Source: Gemmatimonadota bacterium (GTDB lineage Bacteria; Gemmatimonadota; Gemmatimonadetes; Gemmatimonadales; GWC2-71-9). From it: 37,389 bases of DNA. The stretch is from the NCBI GenBank assembly GCA_039586365.1, contig JBDHKN010000045.1, positions 1 to 37,389 of the forward strand, in the 5' to 3' direction. The position numbers were made by a program, and so were the translations under genes. Of this stretch, positions 28,549-37,388 are shown piece after piece; position 1 is the stretch's first letter; each line of letters opens with the position of its first letter. Under the pieces are notes generated by a model. The model made no database searches. It worked only from the letters and a program-made list of their open reading frames with translations, and had not been told where the DNA came from.

Positions 28549-29307
28549 TTATTGTGTTGGCCGCATACTCTCGATGTACGACCTTATGGCGGCCGTGCTG
28601 GTCGGGTCCTTCCACGCATCGAGTACCCGTTCCTGCGTTGCAGCCGCATCGCGCTTGATACGCTCGAGCGTCGGAGCCCGCAGCTGTTGCTTCGTGATTC
28701 GGAATCGAGCTGACGGCTCGGCGCATAGCTGGGCCGCGACCTCCAGGGCATAGTCGAGGAGCCTGTCTGGATCGACGACCTCGTCCACGAGACCTCGCTC
28801 GTAGGCCTCCGCTACTGTGTAGGCCTTGCCGCGATACACCAATTCCTGCAAGTGAGTCTCCGACGTGGCGAAGCGGAGAATCTCGATGCCGACCAACGGG
28901 AACGGCAATCCCACCCGTAGCTCCGGAACGCCGATGGTTCCGGGACCATTCGCTATGATGCGGTAGTCGCATGCTGCTGCCAGAACACATCCGCCGGCAA
29001 TCGCGTGCCCGTTGATTGCTGCGACAACGGGTCGGGGGAGCTGGAATAACTCATACAACATGTCCTCCAGCAGGGGGACGTAGGCATCAACATAGGCGGG
29101 TCCGCCGTCGAGAACCCGGAAGAGATCAACGCCGGCACAGAAGATGGATCCAGTGCCGGTAAGAACTACGGCCCTGACTCTGTCGGATTGTCCGAGCTCC
29201 GCCACCGCATCACGGAGCGCCCGGGCAAGTTCCATATCTATAGCGTGAGCTTTGCCGTGATGCAGGCGCAACACGGCGATGTCGTTACGGTATTCGCGGT
29301 GGAGCAT
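28549..29307 (-). CDS. Enoyl-CoA hydratase/isomerase (crotonase) family protein
   Basis: FCAGVDL, PVVAAINGHAIAGGC, VPELRVG, GLVDEVV. Confidence 0.92.
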   Translation of the reverse strand: MLHREYRNDIAVLRLHHGKAHAIDMELARALRDAVAELGQSDRVRAVVLTGTGSIFCAGVDLFRVLDGGPAYVDAYVPLLEDMLYELFQLPRPVVAAINGHAIAGGCVLAAACDYRIIANGPGTIGVPELRVGLPFPLVGIEILRFATSETHLQELVYRGKAYTVAEAYERGLVDEVVDPDRLLDYALEVAAQLCAEPSARFRITKQQLRAPTLERIKRDAAATQERVLDAWKDPTSTAAIRSYIESMRPTQ

Positions 29308-29554
29308 GGGTGGGAATGTAGCAACCACCCAGCTGGAGTCCCAGTGGTGGGAGCGGAGAGCGGGAAGCTGCTGCAATGATCAGTTGGTGGTGAGTTGGTG
29401 AACAGGAGGCGCGGTGCTTGAGCTGGGTGTCGTTTGGCCAGGTGGCTCTGGTAATGGCATTCAATGCCTTTAATTTGGGCAACTAGTTAATTTGCTCCCC
29501 GTGACTCAGGCGCTCCAACGTGCCAACGGGTTCAACAGTCAACAGGAAAGATCC

Positions 29555-30841
29555 ATGAAAGCAGCTCTCGTTATCGGCACCGCAATGACGATTGGTTGGG
29601 CGGCTGCAAGCCGCGCCCAGGATTCGCGTCACGAAGAGGAAATCCGAACCCTCCTGGCACAGCCCGAGATACAGGCCGCCTTTCGTGCCATCGAGCGCTT
29701 GGAGCCGCGTACCCAGAGAGATCTCATCGCATTGGCAGAGATACCGGCACCACCGTTCAAAGAGGAGCAACGGGCCCAGTACTATGCCGGACTATTGGCT
29801 GAGGCGGGCGCCGATACGGTTTACATCGATGAAGTTGGCAACGTAGTTGCTCGACGACGCGGCACCGGCATTGGCCGAACCATCGCCATCGCTGGACACA
29901 TGGACACAGTCTTTCCGGAGGGGACCGATGTTTCAGTGAAACAGCGGGGCGACACTCTATTCGCGCCCGGGGTTGGCGATGACACTCGCGGCTTGATGGT
30001 GGTGTTGACGGTGCTACGCGCAATGCAGGAGACCGGCTTGCGGACTGAAGCCGATCTGCTGTTCATAGGGACTGTCGGGGAGGAGGGGTTGGGAGATCTT
30101 CGAGGGGTGAAGAACTTGTTCAAAGAGGGCAGCCCCACCATCGACTCTTGGATCGCAGTCGACGGCGGGGACATCGGGCGTATAGTAAGCAGCGGTCTGG
30201 GATCACATCGCTATCGTGTCACGGTAGAGGGACCAGGTGGGCATTCCTGGGGCGCCTTTGGCATAGGCAATCCGGCCCACGCGATGAGCCGGGCCATCAA
30301 AGTCTTTGATGATGCTGCCCGGATGTATGTAGCTGAAGGTCCAAGGACGAGCTACAACGTGGGTCGAATTGGCGGTGGGACCTCCATCAACTCGATTCCG
30401 TTCTCAGTGTGGATGGAGGTCGATATGCGGTCTGAATCGAATGAGCGGCTCCTCGGCATCGATTCGATTTTCCATGCATCGATCCATCGGTCCATTGAGG
30501 AACAGAACGCGACCAGACGATCCGGGGGTCCACTCACAGCAAAGATCGAGATGATAGGCGACCGACCCTCGGGGACTACCGATCCCTCCACTCCAACTGT
30601 CGGCCGAGCGGTAGCGTCCGCCAAGTCCTTCGGCAGGGAGCCGAGTCTAGGCGTTAGCTCAACGGATTCCAACATTCCTATAGCGTTGGGAGTCCCGGCG
30701 ATCACAATCGGGCGAGGAGGAGCTGGAGGAGGTGGTCATTCTCTCCGTGAGTGGTGGCTCAATCAGGACGGTCACATCGCGATTCAATACGCGCTTACCT
30801 TGCTAGTAGCGGAGGCTGTGCTGGCGCAGGCCGTTCCGTAG
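29555..30841 (+). CDS. Secreted M20/M25/M40 family metallopeptidase/amidohydrolase
   Basis: AGHMDTVF, GVGDD, VGEEGLG, GGHSW, STDSN and terminal GHSLREW metal ligands; signal peptide. Confidence 0.92.
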   Translation: MKAALVIGTAMTIGWAAASRAQDSRHEEEIRTLLAQPEIQAAFRAIERLEPRTQRDLIALAEIPAPPFKEEQRAQYYAGLLAEAGADTVYIDEVGNVVARRRGTGIGRTIAIAGHMDTVFPEGTDVSVKQRGDTLFAPGVGDDTRGLMVVLTVLRAMQETGLRTEADLLFIGTVGEEGLGDLRGVKNLFKEGSPTIDSWIAVDGGDIGRIVSSGLGSHRYRVTVEGPGGHSWGAFGIGNPAHAMSRAIKVFDDAARMYVAEGPRTSYNVGRIGGGTSINSIPFSVWMEVDMRSESNERLLGIDSIFHASIHRSIEEQNATRRSGGPLTAKIEMIGDRPSGTTDPSTPTVGRAVASAKSFGREPSLGVSSTDSNIPIALGVPAITIGRGGAGGGGHSLREWWLNQDGHIAIQYALTLLVAEAVLAQAVP

Positions 30842-30902
30842 CTGAGTCGTCGGAGTCCCCATGGGAGAGTTGCGTGAGCGGGACCACATTCGGCTAAACG
30901 CT

Positions 30903-30930
30903 TTGCCCATTGCCACTTACCGGCTATATT
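30903..30930 (+). promoter_or_regulatory. Putative sigma70 promoter of the OmpA lipoprotein gene
   Basis: TTGCCC-N16-TATATT about 48 nt upstream of ATG. Confidence 0.45.
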
Positions 30931-30977
30931 GCAGCGCTGGAGGCAATAAGCCAGAACTCGACCGATGAGGTTTGTCC

Positions 30978-31613
30978 ATGTTTAGACGCCGTATTATTCC
31001 CGTAGGCACTTGCCTATTCTTGCTCGGCCTGAATGCCTGTGCAGCAACAGTGAATCCGGAGCAGCACGAGAGTGATCTCGCGCAGTTGCGGGAAGATCTC
31101 GCAGGCCAGATTCAGGCGGGTGATCAGCAGACCGCCGCCAGTGCGAACCGGAGACTGGACTCTCTCGCACGGCAGCTGTCCTCCCTGGAGAACGCGCTGA
31201 GTGCGCTATCATCTGAGTTCAATGCGAAGATCGCCACAATGGAAGCGCGGCTTCACGTCGATATGCCGGTTCACTTCGCGTTCGACGACGCCACGATCCG
31301 CGATACGGACAGACCGGCCTTGGATCGCTTCGCTACGGTGATCCGCGAGCATCACGCGAACGTTACAGTCACGGTCGAGGGCTTCGCCGATCCTGCAGGA
31401 GAAGCTGAGTACAATCAGTGGCTGGGTCAGCAACGTGCCAATGCTGTCCGGCAGTACTTGATTGATAGCGGCGGTATCAACGAGTCAAAGATCCGGGCCG
31501 TCAGCTATGGCGAGGCCTCAAACCGGTTGGTCGAACCAGGGGCCTGGGGAGAAAACGGCTTGGCGAACAGGCGTGTGGCGCTGGTGATTGAGTACATCGG
31601 TGCGACTGACTGA
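30978..31613 (+). CDS. OmpA-family peptidoglycan-binding lipoprotein with N-terminal coiled coil
   Basis: Lipobox LNAC; VHFAFD, VEGFADPAG, YNQWLGQQRANAV, SYGE, NRRV. Confidence 0.93.
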   Translation: MFRRRIIPVGTCLFLLGLNACAATVNPEQHESDLAQLREDLAGQIQAGDQQTAASANRRLDSLARQLSSLENALSALSSEFNAKIATMEARLHVDMPVHFAFDDATIRDTDRPALDRFATVIREHHANVTVTVEGFADPAGEAEYNQWLGQQRANAVRQYLIDSGGINESKIRAVSYGEASNRLVEPGAWGENGLANRRVALVIEYIGATD

Positions 31614-31633
31614 CCTACCAGACTGCTAACAAG

Positions 31634-31678
31634 ACGCGGCGAGGCAAAGACGCTGGTTTGTTGCCTCGCCGTGTTCTT
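31634..31678 (+). terminator. Rho-independent terminator after the OmpA gene
   Basis: ACGCGGCGAGGCAA ... TTGCCTCGCCGTGT stem followed by TCTT. Confidence 0.7.
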
Positions 31679-31689
31679 CATACCTGCTT

Positions 31690-31835
31690 CTCGTCGTCAC
31701 TGGAATCCTCACCCCCGAGTATTCCCAATCTAGTATCAGTTTCACGCAGTGTTCTGAACTTGGCACAGCATGGAACGTAAGTGTCTCGCTATGTCGGCCG
31801 GATCTCTGCCGGTCCACTTTCGCACGGCCCAACAC
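31690..31835 (-). pseudogene. Possible C-terminal relic of a DUF2911-family gene
   Basis: LGRAKV...SETLTFHAVP....VKLILDWEYSGVRIPV resembles the DUF2911 tail E-x-L-T-F...L-x-L-x-W-E-x-x-x-V-x-I-P. Confidence 0.4.
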
Positions 31836-31899
31836 CGGGGCTTTGATTTGCTGTTGACAGTCGCAGACGCAGTACCGCGGGATCAGGTCAACGATCCAT

Positions 31900-32224
31900 C
31901 GGCAGTATGTTTCGTGGACCAGCGTACGCTCGTCCAGGTCAGAGAGCTCAGGCGGCGAGCAATACTGAGACCGTCGCGTCGATAGTTGGAGGGTCGCACG
32001 ATGCGATCAGCGTCAGGGTCCTGGAACGCTCGTTGGTGTGGATATACGCAGTCGTGGGTGACTACCATTCGGCAGTGAACCACATGGAGCTCCTGTTGAC
32101 GGGACCATCGTGCATCTCAGTACCGTGAATCCAAGTCGAGGAATTCCCGGGCGATCCGAAATCGCATCCCAGATTCCAACAGATGTTGGGGTCCGAATCA
32201 GCGCCCCCAACCACAGCCGAGTAA
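31900..32224 (+). pseudogene. Decayed C-terminal TPR-like tail of a TolB-like/TPR kinase or adenylate-cyclase gene
   Basis: GPAYARPGQRAQA...DAIS....LVWIYAVVGDYHSAVNHMELLLTGPSCISVP*IQVE..GDPKSHPRFQQML, with an in-frame TGA at 32126 and no upstream body. Confidence 0.7.
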
Positions 32225-32379
32225 CACAGGTATGCAGGAGACAATCGGACTGGCATCGAGTCCAGCGAACGTCCGTTCGTCTAGTCATCCACATGTTCGG
32301 TTTCCAGCTGCTGCCAAAAAACGAAGGGCGCCAAGCCATTGGCCGGCGCCCGCCCCCCATGTAGGGGAGTCTTTCGTCT

Positions 32380-32455
32380 GAACGCATTGGTGCACTCACG
32401 GCACTGGCGTTCTCAACGTTGCACCCGACAAGACCGTATCTGTAACGGCAGGCCG
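32380..32455 (-). pseudogene. Cytidine deaminase relic
   Basis: Exact GCNVENAS at 32426-32403, preceded in a shifted frame by AVTDTV; the CAE zinc motif is lost. Confidence 0.5.
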
Positions 32456-32628
32456 AGTGAGCTAAGGACCAGCGCTTGCCCCACCCTCTATATCCACCTC
32501 ATCGGCTTCTGCGGATGCGGCTGGAAGATACGACGGATTTCCTATGGAAAATGTGAAATCCATGTGAAACTCAACTGGCGTCCCGAGGGCCCGCCCAATA
32601 GGATGGGCAGTTGTCACGCGTTGTTCTC

Positions 32629-33585
32629 CTACTCACCACCCTTCAACTTCTTGTGCAGGTTCTTCAGCATGTCCTCGGTCATTGCAGCCAAATCATACGT
32701 CGGCTTCCAGTCCCATTCCTCTCGGGCAGCGGTGTCGTCGATGGAGTCGGGCCACGAGTCGGCGATTGACTGTCGGACAGGGTCCACATCGTACTCGATC
32801 GAGAACTCGGGGATGTGCTTTTGGATCTCGGTTGCGAGTTCCGCTGGCGTGAAGTTGGTTGCTGTCACGTTGAAAGCGTTTCTGTGTTTGAGCCGTGCCG
32901 GATCTGCCTCCATTATGGCTATTGCGGCATTGATGGCATCTGGCATGTACATCATATCCATACGGGCGTCCGGCTTCAGGAAGCAGACGTAGCGCCGGTT
33001 CCGAATAGCCTCATAGAAAATCTCGACAGAATAATCGCTGGTCCCGCCGCCACACGGGGTGACATAGGAAATGAGCCCGGGATAGCGTACGCCGCGGGTA
33101 TCGACATCGAAGCGCTTGTGGTAGTAGTCGCACAACAATTCCCCAGCGACTTTGGTGACGCCGTACATCGTTGTTGGTCGCTGGATTGTGTCCTGCGGCG
33201 TATTGGTGGGGGGGGTGGAGGGGCCAAAGGCGCCGATTGAACTAGGATGAAACACGCAACAATGGGATGCTCGGGCCACCTCGAGGACTTTATAAAGTCC
33301 TCCCATGTTCAGCTCCCATGCGACGCGGGGTCTGTCCTCTGCGACTGCGGAAAGCAGGGCCGCAAGGTGGTAGACGGCGTCCACCTCGTACTTGCGGACA
33401 ACTTCTTGGATTTGGCGCAGCTCCGTACAGTCGAGGTACTCGAACGGTCCGTTAGCCCTAGATCCCGTGGGAGGAATCCGAATGTCGGACGCGACGACGT
33501 TGTCGGACCCGTAACGCTCTCTCAGGGCTGGGACCAATTCGGAGCCGATTTGCCCTAATGCACCAGTTACCAGAATTCTCCTCAC
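32629..33585 (-). CDS. SDR-type L-threonine 3-dehydrogenase (NAD-dependent epimerase/dehydratase fold)
   Basis: TGALGQIG, HLAALLSA, PSSIGAFG, YGVTK, GGGTSDY, MMYMPDA, RQSIADSWP. Confidence 0.9.
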   Translation of the reverse strand: MRRILVTGALGQIGSELVPALRERYGSDNVVASDIRIPPTGSRANGPFEYLDCTELRQIQEVVRKYEVDAVYHLAALLSAVAEDRPRVAWELNMGGLYKVLEVARASHCCVFHPSSIGAFGPSTPPTNTPQDTIQRPTTMYGVTKVAGELLCDYYHKRFDVDTRGVRYPGLISYVTPCGGGTSDYSVEIFYEAIRNRRYVCFLKPDARMDMMYMPDAINAAIAIMEADPARLKHRNAFNVTATNFTPAELATEIQKHIPEFSIEYDVDPVRQSIADSWPDSIDDTAAREEWDWKPTYDLAAMTEDMLKNLHKKLKGGE

Positions 33586-33615
33586 AGCTTCCCCCGAGCC
33601 TCTCTAGTGGTTGAT

Positions 33616-34914
33616 TCAGGTCAGTAACTTGCGGTTCCTGGCCGCCAGTTCCAGCTCATCTCTGAACTTGGGATCAGCGATCTCGAGCAATGCTTCGACG
33701 CGTTCTCGCAAGTTCTTTCCAAATAGATTGGCGACGCCGTGTTCTGTCACGATGTAGTGGACGTCGGCACGACTGGTGACGACACCAGCTCCTTCCTTCA
33801 AGAACGGGACGATGCGCGACATCTCTCCCTTGCGAGCAGTGGACGGCAGGGCAATGATCGGTCGCCCTCCCTTCGATTTCGCTGCTCCTCGGATGAAGTC
33901 AACCTGCCCACCGAAACCAGAATAGATGAAGGATCCGATCGAATCGGAGCACACTTGTCCTGTCAGGTCGATCTCGATTGCCGAGTTGACGGCCACCATG
34001 TTGTCGTGCTGGTGGACTATGAACGGATCGTTTACGTAGTCTACGGGATGTGCCTCGATCAACGGGTTGTTGTCCAGGAAGTCGTACAGTTCTTCGCTTC
34101 CCAGCGCAAACGTCACGACCACCTTGCGAGGGTGCAGGGTCTTGCGGGCGCCGGTTACGACACCGCGCTGGATCGCTCGCATGCCGCCGTCGGAGATCAT
34201 CTCCGTGTGGATGCCCAGATCCATGTCGCCCTCCATGGCCTCATAGACCGAGTCCGGGATCCCGCCGATTCCCATCTGCATCGTAGAGCCCGGCCGAATG
34301 AGTCCCAAGACGTGCTGGGCTATCGCCTTCTCGACATCCGTTGCGGGCTTCGACTCCAGCGTTGGAAGAGGTTCGGTCGCCTCGACAATTGACTGCACGC
34401 GGTTCACGTGAATGAAGGAGTCACCCAGAATGCGGGGCATGTTCTCGTTGACTTGAGCGATAACAGTCTGCGCCATTTGGCAAGCTGCCATAGTGGCGAG
34501 GACTTCCACACCCAGACTCATGAACCCATGTTCATCGGGGGGGGAAACCTGTATCATCGCCACATCGAGCGGCACGATACCGTCTCTGAAGAGCCTTGGA
34601 ATCTGGTGGAGAAAGATGGGAACGTAGTCCGCCCGGCCGTCGTTCACCGCTTTCCGATCCGCCGGGCCTACGAAGAGGGAGTTGTGTCGAAAACTCTGTT
34701 CCATGCCAGGTGCGGAGAGCGGATCTTCGCCAATCAACAGCACGTGATTCAGCTGCACATCCCGCAGCTCATCGTGGCGTGCAGCAAGCGCCCGGACTAG
34801 CGTTTGAGGGATCGCGGCATTCCCCGCATAGTAGACCCTATCACCGTTTTGTATCCTCTCAACTGCCTTGGTCTCACTCTCGAGCTTGGCCTTGTAGTCG
34901 TCAAGCCAGTTCAT
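33616..34914 (-). CDS. Acetyl-CoA hydrolase/transferase family (4-hydroxybutyrate CoA-transferase-like)
   Basis: QMGIGGIP, GIHTEM (catalytic Glu), EIDLTGQVCSDSIG, SGFGGQVDF, IVTEHG; ATGA overlap with the upstream gene. Confidence 0.94.
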   Translation of the reverse strand: MNWLDDYKAKLESETKAVERIQNGDRVYYAGNAAIPQTLVRALAARHDELRDVQLNHVLLIGEDPLSAPGMEQSFRHNSLFVGPADRKAVNDGRADYVPIFLHQIPRLFRDGIVPLDVAMIQVSPPDEHGFMSLGVEVLATMAACQMAQTVIAQVNENMPRILGDSFIHVNRVQSIVEATEPLPTLESKPATDVEKAIAQHVLGLIRPGSTMQMGIGGIPDSVYEAMEGDMDLGIHTEMISDGGMRAIQRGVVTGARKTLHPRKVVVTFALGSEELYDFLDNNPLIEAHPVDYVNDPFIVHQHDNMVAVNSAIEIDLTGQVCSDSIGSFIYSGFGGQVDFIRGAAKSKGGRPIIALPSTARKGEMSRIVPFLKEGAGVVTSRADVHYIVTEHGVANLFGKNLRERVEALLEIADPKFRDELELAARNRKLLT

Positions 34915-36044
34915 GAGCCATCAACCTCACCAACCAGCTCACTGAGCGGTGTCACAGCAACGTCGAACATCGCTGCGATCCGTTGATTCACCGCCTTCCC
35001 ATTGTACAACAGAACACCAGCTGCCATCGCCGGATCGTCCCGCAGTGCTCTGGACAGGCCCTTGGTCCCAATCTGCAGCAGGTACGGTTGGATGGCGTCC
35101 GCAAGGGCCCGTGAAGCAGTACGGGCTATGTCGGCGGTCATGTTAGGGACGCAGTAGTGGACTACATCGTGCACGGTGAATGTGGGGTGATCGAGTGTTG
35201 TCGGGCGGCTGGTTTCTATGCAGCCACCTTGATCGATGGAGACATCTATGATGACACTACCACCCTTCATTGCCTTGACCATGTCCTCGGTCACGAGGAA
35301 CGGGGCACGCGCGCCGGGGATCAATACAGAGCCGATGATTACATCAGCGATGGCGGTGAGTTGATCCAGTCGGCCCAGGCCTGCCACAAAGGTCTCAACC
35401 AAACCCGTACATTCACGGCTTACTGTTCTCAGATTTTCCACGTCGTCATCGAGCACTATGACGCGAGCGCCATTGGCCAATGCGAGCCGGGCTGCTGTGC
35501 GTCCGACAGTCCCCGCACCCAGAATCAGGACCGTCGGAGCCGGGATTCCCGGTACGGTGCCCAACAAGATACCGCGCCCGCCAGCGCGGTTTCTCAAATA
35601 GTGGGTAGCCAAGTGGACAGCCATCTGTCCAGCCATCTCGCTGAAGGGGATGAGGAGCGGGTGGCCGCCCTCGTCATCCTCAATCAACTCGTAGCCAATG
35701 AGTGTAGTTTGAAGTTCCATTAGCCGTTGAACAACGGGGCGTGGAACTATCGCGAGATGGTGGAAAGCGCAGACTACTGCGCCCTGTTTGAGAAGATCGA
35801 GTTCGTCAGCTGTGAGTAGTCCGACGCGGCACACAATGTCTGTTCTCTTGTAAGCCTCGTCAGGACTGTATACGATCTGAGCACCAACCCGCTCGTATTC
35901 CTCATTGGAGAAGCGGGCGCGTAGCCCTGCGTCCTTCTCTATCAGTATGGTGTGACCGAGCTGCGTCAGTCGTGACACTGCGTACGGAGTAAGCGCTACG
36001 CGGTTCTCTTCACGCTTGGTTTCCTTCGGTACTCCGATCAACAT
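34911..36044 (-). CDS. ald: Alanine dehydrogenase-like protein (AlaDH/PNT family)
   Basis: IGVPKE..ENRVALTP, HLA, SEMAG, GAGTVG, DVSIDQGGCIETSRPTT, HYCVPNM; the KVKEP motif reads RVGLL. Confidence 0.85.
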   Translation of the reverse strand: MLIGVPKETKREENRVALTPYAVSRLTQLGHTILIEKDAGLRARFSNEEYERVGAQIVYSPDEAYKRTDIVCRVGLLTADELDLLKQGAVVCAFHHLAIVPRPVVQRLMELQTTLIGYELIEDDEGGHPLLIPFSEMAGQMAVHLATHYLRNRAGGRGILLGTVPGIPAPTVLILGAGTVGRTAARLALANGARVIVLDDDVENLRTVSRECTGLVETFVAGLGRLDQLTAIADVIIGSVLIPGARAPFLVTEDMVKAMKGGSVIIDVSIDQGGCIETSRPTTLDHPTFTVHDVVHYCVPNMTADIARTASRALADAIQPYLLQIGTKGLSRALRDDPAMAAGVLLYNGKAVNQRIAAMFDVAVTPLSELVGEVDGS

Positions 36045-36095
36045 CTTCTGTCTCCCAATACAGCCTTCAGGACTGTGTACCCCGGAGGCTGGGGA

Positions 36096-37388
36096 CTACT
36101 GATGCTCGTCCTTGCCGTTAACAACTGTCTGCAATGCTTGAATGCCGAGGGAAAACGCCTCCTTGTTCAACTCAAGCAGGGCACAGTCGTTCTTAAGAGC
36201 CTCTTCCATCGTGACAGTGAAGCTCTCTACCGGAAACAACGCAGTGGCTGCCTGCAATGCGCCCAGCGCTACGACGTTCTTGACCATCGGCTTGCCAAGA
36301 TCCATGGCTATCTGGGTAAACGGAATTCCATAGGTCTTCACGCGATCATCCAACTCTGGAGGGGCAGGAATCACTGAGCTGTCGAACAGAGCAATTCCGC
36401 CCGGCTGTACTGTCGGACCAAACTTGATCAAGCTCTGGGGATTGAATGCCACGAGCACATGCGGCTTCGGGGAAGCAGGGGAAAGAACCTCTCCGGTCGC
36501 TATGTGCACGTCCGCATACGAGGTGCCGCCGCGCGACTCCGGGCCATAACTCGGTATGTGGGTTGAATCCCAACCCTCACTGATGGCGGTGCGAGTGGTC
36601 AACATGGCGATCGTCTGAGCTCCATCCCCCCCGGCACCGGCGAACTTGATCGAGATGTCTTGCTCGTCGATATGTGAGGGGAAACCCTTGCCAAAGCGTT
36701 CGGCAGTCTTCCCCACGCCGCCGATGACGGCAGCAACTTCGGCAGGCTCGAACGTCGGCTCGCCGAGCTCAAACCACGGTTCGACTTCGATGTCCTTCTT
36801 CACGCCGAGGGGGAAGATCGGCACCATCTGTTCTTTGACCCACTGCTCCGCCTCGGGCGGAGAAACCTTGAGGTGAGTGGGGCATTCAGATAGAACCTCA
36901 ACGAACGCCAGCCCCTTGGCTTCGACCTGCATTCTGAGCGCCTTCTTGATTGCTTTTTGGGCCCGGACCCGCTGCTTGTTGTCGAACAACGCCACCCGTT
37001 CCACGTACACGGGGCCGTCGAGCTGGGCCATTGCCTCCGCCATCTTCATGGGCTCACCGGCAAGCCGTGTGCGGCCCTTGGGAGAGGTGGTGGTCTTCTG
37101 TGCCATCAGCGTCGTGGGGGCCATCTGTCCCCCTGTCATCCCGTAGATGGCGTTGTTCACGAAGATGAACGTCATCGGGATGCCCATCTGTGCCGCCTGG
37201 AAAATCTCAGCCAAGCCAATAGCTGCCAGATCGCCGTCTCCTTGGTAGCTGACGACGATTGCGTTCGGATTGGCCATCTTGTGACCGAGTGCGACCGCTG
37301 GCGCTCGTCCATGTGCGGCCTGGGTATTGCCCACGTCCAAGTAGTAATACATGAAAACCGCACAACCGACCGGTGATATGGCAACCGT
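36096..37388 (-). CDS. 2-oxoacid:ferredoxin oxidoreductase fused beta (TPP-binding) + gamma subunit, VOR-like; 5'-truncated by the window
   Basis: Frame stays open to the window end (TVAISPVGCAVFM); HGRAPA, QGDGD...NNAIYGMTGGQ TPP motif, then gamma-domain AGAGGDG, PSYGPESRGG, KNVVALGA. Confidence 0.93.
   Translation of the reverse strand, partial: TVAISPVGCAVFMYYYLDVGNTQAAHGRAPAVALGHKMANPNAIVVSYQGDGDLAAIGLAEIFQAAQMGIPMTFIFVNNAIYGMTGGQMAPTTLMAQKTTTSPKGRTRLAGEPMKMAEAMAQLDGPVYVERVALFDNKQRVRAQKAIKKALRMQVEAKGLAFVEVLSECPTHLKVSPPEAEQWVKEQMVPIFPLGVKKDIEVEPWFELGEPTFEPAEVAAVIGGVGKTAERFGKGFPSHIDEQDISIKFAGAGGDGAQTIAMLTTRTAISEGWDSTHIPSYGPESRGGTSYADVHIATGEVLSPASPKPHVLVAFNPQSLIKFGPTVQPGGIALFDSSVIPAPPELDDRVKTYGIPFTQIAMDLGKPMVKNVVALGALQAATALFPVESFTVTMEEALKNDCALLELNKEAFSLGIQALQTVVNGKDEHQ

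Noticed and set aside
29456..29496. Sigma54-like or palindromic sites (GGCATTCAATGCC) between the crotonase and M20 genes
   Set aside because: The GG-to-GC spacing does not fit -24/-12, and a short palindrome alone is insufficient.
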